A stretch of 63,317 nt of DNA, filler included, from Chrysochromulina tobinii (taxonomy: Eukaryota), in assembly GCA_001275005.1 (NCBI GenBank). It is 5 parts of 5 records of this genome, joined end to end, with 100 filler letters (N's around TTAATTAATTAA, not from the genome) between each part and the next. Parts side by side here need not be neighbours in the genome. Positions count along the whole stretch, not along the records: positions 1 to 20,263 come from JWZX01001359.1; positions 20,364 to 39,054 come from JWZX01001360.1; 3 more parts are not named here. One strand, written 5' to 3'. The notes under the pieces are model-generated. The model saw only the letters and a list, made by a program, of their open reading frames with translations. It did not search any database and was not told where the DNA came from. This document shows, one piece after another, positions 12,201 to 22,503 of the stretch; position 1 is the first letter of the stretch; every line of letters starts with the position of its first letter. A program made the position numbers and the translations under genes.

Positions 12201-14507
12201 ACTTGAAGGCGCGTTTGGAGGCCACCGCAGCGGAGGATGACGAGCAGCCGATGGCGGTTGAAGAGGAGGAGGAGGAGGAGGAGGACAATGAGGACGACGA
12301 GCCGGTGGCCGAGGCGGTGGCCGAGGCAGCTGCTGAGCTAGCTGAGCGCGACGAGGACGCGGCCATGTACGGCGTGTGCCTGGCCGCTGGCGACAAGCTC
12401 GAGGCAAAGGACCCGTACGGTAACTGGTACGTCGCCAAGGTGATTGGTGTGCGCGGCGAGGGCGAGACGCGCGAGGTCAAGGTGCACTACATGGGGTGGA
12501 AGGCGCGCTTTGACGAGTGGGTGCATGTGGGCACCGGGCGGCTGAAGCCCGAGGGTGGTCCCTCGCCGCCGCGGCCCGCGTCTGACGCGATGATCGCGCT
12601 CCTCAAAGCTCCCGAGGCGACCAAGGGCGCGTCTTCCCTCAAGGGCCTCTCACGTCGCGACAAGGGGTTGTCCACCGCGATGCTCATCTCGGTGGGCGGC
12701 AGCCGCCGCGCCGTGGCGAGCGCCTCGAGCGCCTCGCGCTCGCTCGTGCCCTATGAGCTCACTGGAGCGGTGGCGCAGCCATCGAACAGGCGAACGACCC
12801 ACGCCCAAGGCGGCCGGCGCGCGCGGCGGCGCGCTTGGCGCCGGCGGCGGGCGCGCGGGCGGCATGTGCATTGTGGTGCTCGACGAGCTCGACCAGCTTG
12901 TGAGCCGCCAGCAGGCGATCCTGTACTACCTCTTCGAGCTCGCGGCCCGGCCTGGCTCGCGCTTGGTGCTCATCGGCGTCGCGAACGCGCTCGACTTGAT
13001 CGACCACTCGCTGCCGCGGCTCGATGCCAAGGGGGCGGCGCCAACACTGCTCAAGTTCAACCCATACTCTCACGACGAGCTCTCGTCGATCATCCAGCAG
13101 CGTTTGGAGCCCATCGAGGCGACGCTCGGCACGACGCTCGTCGATCGGATGGCGGTGACCTTTGCGGCCAAGAAGGTGGCGGCCGCATCGGGCGACGCGC
13201 GCCGCGCGCTCGAGGTATGCCGCGTTGCTGCCGACAAGGCGATCGCCGAGCTCAAGGACTTTGAGGAACGTTTGCCACCGCCGCCGAGCCGCACAGCGCG
13301 CGCCGCGCCCTACGGCGCGCCGTACATGATGCGCGGCAAGTCGCCGCTCGCTCCGCGCCCATCGCCCCTCATCAGCGATGCCGAGCGGCAGCGCGCGTCC
13401 ACAGCCGCAGCGAGCGGCGCTGCCGGCGTGAGCTGCGGCGCCGGCGCGGGCGCGACGCCCAGTTGCACGCCGAGCGGGGCCGGAGCGCTGACGGCGGGCG
13501 CTGAGGTCTCGCGACTCGCGTTGCGGCCGCAGTTGCCACCGCGGCTGCCTGTGTCGGCCAGGGGGTCGGCCGTGCCGCCCTCGTCCGTTGGATCCGACGC
13601 ATCTGCCGCCTCGGCTGCCTCCACGGCCATCGCCACTGCTCCGGGCATGCTGCCGCCGCCCGCCTCTGCGTCTGCCGCCTCGAGCGCCGCCGGTTCGTCC
13701 TCCGCGGGCTCATCCTCTGGCGCAGCCGCGGGCGCCTCTGCGGACGTCTCCGGCGGCACCGAGCTGCTTCCCGCGTGGTCCGCGGACCCGCCGATCCGCT
13801 TCGATCACATGAAAGATGCGCTCGGCGTCGCGTTCCGCAGTGCTTCGTTCCAATTGCTCAAGTCGCTGCCGCACCACCAGTCACTCATCTTGTGCACGAT
13901 GGTGCTGCGCATGCGTCGGCTGACTCAGCAGGTGCGGGACGAGGCGGCGCGAGCGGCCGAGGCGGCCAAGAGGGCGGCCGAGGATGCGGCCGAGGCGGCG
14001 GCCAAGGAGGCGTGCACGCGCGAAGGCCCGGAGGCGGAGGCTGGTGCCGAGGCTGACCGCGGTGCGGATGCGGCCGAGGGTCACACCTCCGACGGTGCCG
14101 TCGCCAAGGTTGCCGCCGCCGCCAGGGGCAACGGGCGCGGCAGCGGTCGGACGACGAGCGCCGCCGCGGCAGCGGCTGCCGCCGCTGCGAGTGCCGCAGC
14201 CGTGAGCCGCGCGGCCGCGCTCGCAGCGGCCACGGGCGGGCACGAGCGGTGTACAATCAACATGCTGTCGGCGGAGTACGACAAGCTGTGCGCGAAGGCG
14301 AAGCTGCCTGCGCTCTCGCGGCAGGAGCTCGCCAACATGTGCGAGAACCTCGCCGTGTGCGGGCTACTCGGGCTCGGCGGCGCCACCGGCCGCCCCTCGC
14401 CCCACGAGAAACTGCAGCGCGCCGTTTGGCTGTGCATTTCGCAGGACGATCTGGAGCTCGCTACGTCCGAGCTGCGCGTATTCAAGCAGATGCTCGCGAC
14501 GAGCTGA
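6256..14507 (+). CDS. CDC6: CDC6/ORC1-family AAA+ replication initiator (CDC6-like) with PHD finger and an internal Tudor/chromo-barrel array
   Basis: Exon 1 6256-6351, then GT-AG intron 6352-6424, giving SAYEAKRAKNMEDNAE|ELRKLGL. PHD finger CEVC..LLLCD..C..YH..C..WLCPEC at ~6638-6785. Walker A YVSGSPGLGKS at ~7205-7237. Walker B IVVLDELDQL at ~12870, then LIGVANALDL, SGDARRALEVCR and a winged-helix-like C-terminus. A +1 frame change near 12750-12860 is unresolved (intron or indel). Confidence 0.8.
9290..12550 (+). repeat. Ten coding chromo-barrel/Tudor-knot repeats (~60 aa), preceded by one Tudor/Agenet-like unit at ~8885-9075
   Basis: Consensus VG[DE]KL.A.D..G.WY.AKVV...GEG..R..KVH[YF].GW..R[FW]DEW..VG.GRL recurs at ~9293, 9613, 10085, 10385, 10628, 10963, 11315, 11672, 11990 and 12385. 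Units 1/8 and 4/7 are near-identical at the DNA level. Confidence 0.9.
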
Positions 14508-15362
14508 GACGGCGCGGCGAGGGACGGAGATGAACAGCTGAACCAGTGGAGGCAAGGCAGGCTGAGGGGATGCGGATGGAAAGGGGGAAACCACAAACGC
14601 TGAGAAACTGAACAGCATCCGAATGCCGAAGAGCGAGAGAGTGCGAGAGGGGCAGAGATTATACAGAGTACGGACGGGGGTACCGTAAAGGGGGGGCGAC
14701 TGAGGGAGAGAGGACGGTAGAAAAACGATGCTGCATGTGACAGCCGTCCGGTCCGAATTCGGCGTCAACGCGTCCGCAATATTAATTAATTTTAATACAT
14801 CTCGAACCGGTAATCGAACGGGGTAACGCTCGGCTAACCGTTAACTTCTCCCTGAGCCGCTCGACGCATTTCCGACTAAAAATGGAGCAGGGTCCGTTAC
14901 CGGGGCACGAGGCCTCTGGAGGCCAGAGCCGAGCGCCCGATAAGGCCCGTGCGCGGCCCAAGAGGCATTACGCATCAGACGGCGCCTGGGCATGAGGTGG
15001 GACCTCATGTCGTGTCGCGGTACTAAACCCATGACTAAACCGTGAAGGACTGTAAAGGTGTAGCCTCAAAGTCGGGGTTGAATATAGGTTGATGAGTTTG
15101 ACACACAAGGAAACGCCCCTGAACGGGGGGTGGGGGTCGCAGTCCTGCAGACGGGGCGGGGTGTGCTGCGCGCGCCGCCGCCCACGTAACAAATACAGAA
15201 GTACCGCCGGTCACACCTCCGTCCATTGCGATAGAGGCCCCCGTGCTTGGGGGTCCGGTGAGTGTGCGCGTTTGTGTTTCACAGCCAATGTTTAGAATTC
15301 GACACCCAGCAGCAGCAACGAACGGTTACAAAACCTTGGTTGACGTCGCGCCGCTCAACAAC

Positions 15363-16302
15363 ATGCCGCATCGAGCAGTCTATTCCGTGGACGACGTGAC
15401 GACCACAGCCACGCTGGAAGTCTGGCGTGACAAGCTCTCGCGCGAGGAGAAGTGCGCACCACCACCACGCTCTCGCCTGTTCCATGTTTGGCACTGCGTG
15501 CGCTTGCTTGCTGCTCCTCCTTGCTCATCTGCTGGGCTGCCCATTTTCACGCAGGTCCAAGGGCGAGTGGCATCACCGTTTCGGCGATAAGCTCGGCATG
15601 GAGGCACCCGCCTCGCGGCCGGCCTCCGAGCAGTGGCGCGCATTGAAAGGCCCCATGGACCTGAGCCACCTGCCGCCTCCCGGCCGCCCGTCGATGAGCG
15701 TGGAGCCGACGACGAGTGCGCTGAGGTGGGACGCGGCGCTCAGCCGTAACAATCTGCCGATGAAGGCGCCGAGTGTGGCGAGCAGCAAGCACTCGGCCGT
15801 GAGCCTGCCGTCGATGCGCACGGTCTCGATCACGAGCTCCGCCGACCGCCGACGTGAGCTGTTGATCGAGCGGCACGCCGAACTGCAGGCGCAGCTGCAG
15901 CTAGTGGAGCAGATGCTCAAACAGAACACGCCGTCCACCATGCTCTCGGCCCTCTCAGGCGTGAGCCGCGCGAGCGGCATGTCGCGCGCTAGCCAGGTAT
16001 CCCATATGAGCCAGGCGTCGCGCGTGAGTGGCGAAAGCGGTGCGTGCGGCGGCAGCGCCGCTAAGCAGCGTGACATAGAGCCCATGCCTGAAAGACGCGC
16101 GCCGCGGGTGCTGCTGGGTCCGATCCCCGAGCTCCGGGACATGCTGCCGCCGCGCGAGCCTGCCCAGTACGGCGCCGTGCCGCTGTGCCTCGACAAGCAA
16201 GACCCCGACTACAAGGCGCTCTCGCCCTTCAAGTCGGTCACAGGTGTCGGGCTGGCGATGCCCGGGACGGCACTGAGCAGCGCCCATAGCCCGCGGCATT
16301 GA
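15363..16302 (+). CDS. Hypothetical protein, two exons
   Basis: ATG at 15363. GT-AG intron 15452-15554 joins VWRDKLSREEK to SKGEWHHRFG in frame. Contains a short coiled coil. Confidence 0.6.
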
Positions 16303-17555
16303 GGCGCCTCTCCGTGCATGCGCGAGATGCCAAACCCTCTCGCCTCTGGATGGAGAGGTGGAGGGTGCAGAGCATGTTTTATATGGATGGATTTTGACCC
16401 ATGTTTGGCGGCGCGCATACCACAAAGTCGAGTACATAGATCGCCCGCATTTATTGGTGCGGAGTTAACGGGCGCACGAGGCTCGTATACGGTGTAGTGC
16501 ACGTCTGGGTAGCCTCAAGCCTGCTGTCTGTTGGCCGTACATGTAGCGCTGAGGTAGCGCATTGCCGGCTGAGGTACGCGAAGATTCAAGATTTGAAGAT
16601 AGCGACGCCGCGTTGGGCGCGCTAGGCCCCCGTAGGCGCTCTACCGGGGGGGGACGGCTACGTCGGCCGCGAAGCGCGAAGTATTAGCCGCACCGCGCCG
16701 CGCCCCCGGCGTGGGCCGGGCGGGCGGGCGCCACGACCGTGCGGTGCGAGTAGCTAGGTGCGAGGCTGCGAGGCGTGCGAGCCGTCGCGCCCGCGCCGCG
16801 CGTGCCCCCCCGGCGGCCGGGGCGGCCGCGCATGAGGCATGCGCGCGCGCGGCGCGCGATACCGTCGATTTCTCGTACGTGAGCTCGTTAAAAGGGATTG
16901 AATGTTTAGAATTTGCCGCGGACCGGCTCGCCATGGCGCGAGCCTCCTACGGTGATCGAGTCGCTAAGCTCCGATCGCGGCACGCGGGAGCCGGGACCGG
17001 CACCCACTCCCACACGCGTTTCGTTATTGCCGCATCCGCGCGTGCAGACTTGTAAACACTCTTGTAAACATTGTTCACAGTTGTCCTTGCCGGCCATTCT
17101 ATTCCGTTTAAATCCCCAAAGGCACGGTCCGGTCGGCGGGTCGGATTACTGTCGTCCGTGTAGGGATGCGGATGGCGCCCTATATGCTAGACTCAAAAGG
17201 TCAAATGGAAATTATACTCGAGTAGTAGACCACTTCGGCATTTGGGCGTGTCAAGTCGCCGACACGCGACAGAGCAGTGTGAAGGGTGTCCGCGATGCGT
17301 CGTGGGCGCCAGTGTGAGTACGTAGCTCGTACGTCGCGTCGTAGGTTCGTCGCGCCGTCGGGATCGGGGGGTTGGGGTGGGTTCAGCCGTTCAGCGCGGA
17401 AAAGCGCGGAGGGTTGGCGGCGTTAAGACGAAAGCGCGAGGGTCCGAGAGGAGGTGGGTGCGCGCAAGCCTGACGCAAGCCTTCCGGAGGAGGTGGCATC
17501 GTGAGTTTGAATCAAACCCTATCTCGTCGTACCGTAGTATGTCGATGCACTCGCT

Positions 17556-19412
17556 CTACGCGGCGGGCGCGCACGCACGATCCGGCTCAAGCCGGAACAG
17601 CGCCACGTCATGCGGGGCGACGGTTTGGCTTATCGTGGCGTTCATACCCAGCCCTGTGAGATTGCGCCCGCCCCAGATGTCGTGCGCGATCCACCCACAG
17701 CTGGGTGCGGGCCGTAGGCGAGAGAGCTGTACGGACAGTGTCTGCGGCAGAGGAGCGCGATTGAAGAGCGCGATCGCCCAGCCACCGCCTTCGAGTCCGG
17801 CAGCGTACACCTCGTTCGTCTGCGCTGCGGTGAAGTTCGTCGAGAGGCACATCCCCTTCTGCGAGACGGACCGTATCAGCGTGCCGGGGTGCTCCGGATG
17901 GGCGTCGCCGGGTGTCGCAGGGTCGATCTCCCACCACCAACCCTGCCGATCGCTCGGGACGGCGCCTGGCACGCGGTCGCAACGATCCAGAAGTGGCACG
18001 TCCCCGGAGCTTGGCGCGGTGAGGCAGAGTAACGGTGCGGCAGGATCGCTATTGTTCTGGGTGACGTTTGCCACCAGCGCCCACGGAGAGTCCGTCGGCC
18101 GGTGCGTAGGGGCGGCTGGGGTGAAAACCTGTGTGGGGAATGGAACATCGCCGATGACGCAAGGGTCTTTGGACCAGTCATCGCACTGCCGAATGATCAA
18201 CGGCGAGGTGGCGCTCGGCTCGCAGCTGAGCACGGAGAGGCAGTGCGTGACCGAGCCTGCATTGCGCACGCGCGGGAAGGGGGGGGTCGTCACGCCCACC
18301 ACCGGCATACTGACCCTCCCCTCGTATGAGCTTCCCCACAGCTGCTGCGGGTCGCTTGGGACGCATGGGCGCAGCACGGAGACCGTCGCTGTCTCGGCAT
18401 GGTAGCCCGGGTAGAAGTCGTCGAGGGGCTCCGCCTGTAGCCCGAGGGGATCCTCATGGATGCGGCGCAGCTCCTTGTTCTTGACGATCTGCAAGATCTC
18501 GGCTGACATCCGCGACGCGTCCGCGCCGAGCAGCAGCGGTGACTTGAGGACAGACCAAAGGGTGAAGTGGCTTCGCGCCTCAGCTAAGGTGAGCCCAGGC
18601 CCGCCCCAAGAGAAGTTTGACGGCAGCGCGCCGATCTCCAGCATGTCCATGTCGTTCCACCCGCCGGGGCCGGCGTATCGCGCCAGCTGTGGGATCGCGT
18701 TAGCCCCGTTCAGACCCTGGATGATGTTGAGCCAGCCGTCCGCGATGTCCCCGTTGACTCTCCACATATTGCCCACGCCGTTTCCCCACGTCCACGGCTC
18801 TGCATAACCCTCGGCGCAAACAGAGTGGACCATCGGCCGGCCCGTCGCGTTGATCGCGTCGCGATACTCACGCCACGTCTCCTCATCCACCGGCCCACCA
18901 CACGCGTCCACCTCGATAAAGTCGGCGCCCCATCTCGCAAACGTTTCCATGTCGATCGCGACGTGCCCTGTGGGGCCGCTTCCAGAGCCGACACATCCGC
19001 CGCACGTTAAGTCGCCGATGTCGGTGTAGATCCCGAGCTTCATCCCACGCTCCTTGAGGAACCTGCCAAAGGCTGCCATGCCATGCGGCCAGCGCTCCCG
19101 GTACTCACCCGTCTCGGTGAGCTCGCCCGTCAGAGGATCGCGCGGGCCGAAGCAAGGCTCCTGCACCACAAAGTAGCTGAAGCCACCTTCGCCAACGAGG
19201 TCGGCGTCCACTAGCGCTTGCGCCCAGTGTTGGCACTGTGACTCATTCACACTGCGCATGATCCATTGTTCGGGCACGCACGTTGGTGGGGAACACGACC
19301 GATTTTTCTCCGAGGTGAACGGCCAAATGTTCCACGTCGCGAATCCGCGAGGCGGCGTCCGCGCGAGGCCGTTGTCCCACACGGTCACCGTCGCAGGAAG
19401 CCAAGCCAGCAT
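17556..19412 (-). CDS. Glycoside hydrolase family 27 (alpha-galactosidase-like) with ricin-type beta-trefoil region
   Basis: DNGLARTPPRG..TWN, GMKLGIYTDIG..TCGG, TFARWGADFIEVDAC, WRVNGDI, GPGGWNDMDMLEIG and HFTLWSVLKSPLLLG motifs; QxW/Cys-rich ricin-like segment; C-terminal beta-sandwich (VAPHDVALFRL). Confidence 0.9.
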   Translation of the reverse strand: MLAWLPATVTVWDNGLARTPPRGFATWNIWPFTSEKNRSCSPPTCVPEQWIMRSVNESQCQHWAQALVDADLVGEGGFSYFVVQEPCFGPRDPLTGELTETGEYRERWPHGMAAFGRFLKERGMKLGIYTDIGDLTCGGCVGSGSGPTGHVAIDMETFARWGADFIEVDACGGPVDEETWREYRDAINATGRPMVHSVCAEGYAEPWTWGNGVGNMWRVNGDIADGWLNIIQGLNGANAIPQLARYAGPGGWNDMDMLEIGALPSNFSWGGPGLTLAEARSHFTLWSVLKSPLLLGADASRMSAEILQIVKNKELRRIHEDPLGLQAEPLDDFYPGYHAETATVSVLRPCVPSDPQQLWGSSYEGRVSMPVVGVTTPPFPRVRNAGSVTHCLSVLSCEPSATSPLIIRQCDDWSKDPCVIGDVPFPTQVFTPAAPTHRPTDSPWALVANVTQNNSDPAAPLLCLTAPSSGDVPLLDRCDRVPGAVPSDRQGWWWEIDPATPGDAHPEHPGTLIRSVSQKGMCLSTNFTAAQTNEVYAAGLEGGGWAIALFNRAPLPQTLSVQLSRLRPAPSCGWIAHDIWGGRNLTGLGMNATISQTVAPHDVALFRLEPDRACAPAA

Positions 19413-19451
19413 CCGAACCGGTCAACGTTCTCCTTTCATCAGGGCACACTC

Positions 19452-19833
19452 GTACCGGTAAAAAGACACCGGGGGAGCCGGGACACTCATCACGGGACAC
19501 ACGGGACACGTTCTCTTTCATCAGGGCACACTCGTACCGGTAAAAAGACACCGGGGGAGCCGGGACACTCATCACGGGACACACGGGACACGTGGACGCA
19601 CAAAGGCACACAGACCACACAGACGAACCTCACAACCATCCAAACCCAGTTCCAACAACACACACCCAGCACGTCAGCGCGACGACCGAAGCCGCGGCCG
19701 ACTCAACAGCCGCAGGCCCCCGGGAGCCGACCGCTCCCCGCGGCCGACTCAGAAGAGGCCGCCCCCAGCGAACCCGACCCTTACCGTAGTCCGTACCGTG
19801 TGTGTCCCGGCTCCCCCGGTGTCTTACCGGTAC
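19452..19833. mobile_element. MITE-like non-autonomous DNA element with ~33-bp terminal inverted repeats; left end tandemly duplicated
   Basis: GTACCGGTAAAAAGACACCGGGGGAGCCGGGACAC at 19452 and 19534 is the inverse of GTGTCCCGGCTCCCCCGGTGTCTTACCGGTAC at ~19802-19833. The internal sequence is shared with 28840-29070. Confidence 0.75.
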
Positions 19834-20263
19834 TATAAAGACGGAGGGTCCCCTGTACAATGCTACAATGGCTTCGCCAGTGCCTTGGTGCGCTGCCACG
19901 GCGACGCAGATATCGATCCGAGCCTCAAAGGGGGTGAGGCGACCCGCAATACCTTAGGGGCAGCGAACCGCCGCGGCCCCCGCGCAGTGTGCATTAACCA
20001 TAATTGGATTTCATCACAGTACTGCGTAAGCGGTAAGGGTTTTATACGCCGGTGCGCGCGCGCGTGATCCTGAGATCCTCGCCGCACGAGCGCCCGCACT
20101 GCCTGCCCAGGCTTTTCGCGCTCAACCTCAACGTCCGGCCAGGACCCCAGGAGTCTCGTTACCGTGCGGTACTCCGGGGCCAGAACTACCGGCTTATCCC
20201 TTACCGCGTACACTGACGCGGCGCTGTCGACCTTACGAACTACGGCACCCAGCCGGTAAGGTA

Positions 20264-20363
20264 NNNNNNNNNNNNNNNNNNNNNNNNNNNNNNNNNNNNN
20301 NNNNNNNTTAATTAATTAANNNNNNNNNNNNNNNNNNNNNNNNNNNNNNNNNNNNNNNNNNNN
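20264..20363. other. Artificial contig-join linker
   Basis: N44-TTAATTAATTAA-N44 (six-frame stop linker). Confidence 0.97.
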
Positions 20364-20674
20364 CGCCATTTTGTCGCTCGGATACGCGACGGCTGCTGGT
20401 GAGTCCGAAAGTGGCCAGAGCAATGAGATGGCGGCGGAGCGAACGCGATCGGGGACACTTTCGTCCGACGCCCATTTTCGCTGTTTCGGTGAAGTTTGAT
20501 GTGCGTACCGCCCGAACGCGGCTTCGTTCAAGGGTGTCCCCGATTCTATCGTGTTCGCACGAATAAACCATCCAGAAAGACCTATGGGGGGCACCGACGA
20601 ATCTCAATGACCGAGCGACAAAAGGTGCACGATTCCACACTTTTTACCGGTCAGTAAGCTAGTAGAAGGGCGCG

Positions 20675-22462
20675 ATGTACATGATATCGCCGAGCGTCGG
20701 CCACGGGTATGCGACGCGTGTGGTGAGCACGGTGGCGGCGACCGCGAACGAGGACGCCGAAGAGGGTGATAGCACCGACATCTGGGATAAGGACGTCGAG
20801 GCCGCGGGCAACTGGTTTGGCAACTCGGGCAAGAGGCTGCTCGATGCGACTAAGCACACAGCCAGGGACGTCATTCGACCCGTGCTGATGCCCATCCAGC
20901 AGGTCGGTCGGCGCGGCCGCCAGGCCTCCATGTCCGCACTCGCGCGCTCGCTGCCGCGCATCGTCGAGGCCTCGCTGCCTAAGGTGCGCCAGAAGCTCGA
21001 GGAGATCTTCCGCGACTGGGCCCTCGGCCGTATCGATGTCAACCAGCAGTGGCACATCCCCGACCACATTGCCCTGGCCGTCGAGCTGAGCGATGAGATC
21101 CTCGGTCCAGCGCGCGCCGCAGAGGCGCGCGCGCGCAGCTCGTCGCCGACGACGCAGCCGGACCCGTCGGTGCCGGCACCCGCCGTGGAGGGTTCCTTAT
21201 TTGGCAATTCGAACCCTTGGTCGGCCGTCCAACGAACCTTTGACGAATCCCGACGAACCCTGGGTCGCGCCGCGTCGTCGGTGGGGAGCACGGCCCACCA
21301 GGCCCTCGGCACCCTCACCGGAGGCAGCCTCGGCTTCAAGGAGCCCGAGATCGGCGAGATAATCGCCGAGCTCCAATGCATGCTCACCAACGTCTCACGC
21401 GCCGTCGCGCACGGCGCAGAGGCCGGGAGCGGCGGCGCTGGGCCCAATAAGGCAGCCGGCCGTGCGTCGCCGCCGCCGCCGCCGCCCGCGCCGGAGGCGA
21501 GCGCCACGTTGAGCGCCACGCCCTCCAAGACGGCGCCCAAGGAGCCCACGACGGCGCCCAAGGAGCCCACGACGGCGCCTAAAGATCGTCGCTCAGTGAC
21601 GAAGATCGCCTTCGAGACAGGCGCGCACTGATGAGCCCTGATTGCCACTGATGACCTATGATGATGACGAAGATCGCCTTCGAGATAGGTGCGCATGCCT
21701 TGTGGCAACAGGGCCCATGCCTTTGGGGGCAACAGTGCACATGCTTGCCCCTATCTCTGCTCGCCCTCTGCGCGCCTTCCGATGGCCTCCCTGATGACCT
21801 CGGAGTGACCTCCCTGATGACCTCGGAGTGACCTCCCTGATGACCTCATAGTGACCTCCCTGATGACCTCATAGTGACCTCCCTGATGACCTCGGATGGC
21901 CACTCATTGACTCGCCCTTTCGCCCGACACGACGCCCGTCACAGATGTCGACTTAATGATCCGATTGCGACCAGAGGCGGGGCTTCAAGTTCGGGGCTAC
22001 CTCGCGCCAGGTAATGACCCTGGATTACCCTTGATGACCCTTGATGACCTCTGATGACCTCTGATGGCCTCTGATGACCTCTGATGACCGCTGATGACCG
22101 CTGATGACCTCTGATGACCTCTTGATGACCGCTGATGACCGCTGAGGACCTCGAAGTGCCACCGAGTGCCACTGCTGATGACCTCCCTCATCAGGCGCGC
22201 GCTCGCAGTGATTGCCGCTGATGACCTATGATGATGAGCTCGGATTGCATCCCTCATCAGGCGCGCGCTACAGGCGGGGCAAGGAGGCCAAGGGCGGCAG
22301 CTGGCTCGGGTGCCTCGCCGGCGGCGGCGCGGACGACGCTGCGAGTGCCCAGTACGGCGCGACCCGGAGCGACCCCACGGATTATCAGCCCTTGTCCGAC
22401 GGGCAGGACGAGGCGAGCGCTGTGTCGAGCGCTGGCCTCCAACGCAGCAGCAGCAGCTACAA

Positions 22463-22503
<41 letters not shown>

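Noticed and set aside
12790..13264. Arg-rich C-terminus of the 2346-aa track ORF
   Set aside because: It is the off-frame shadow of the CDC6 Walker B region.
16400..17520. GC-rich hairpin-like non-coding stretch (also 14760-15240) as ncRNA or transposon
   Set aside because: I could not establish terminal repeats, a second copy or a recognisable RNA family.
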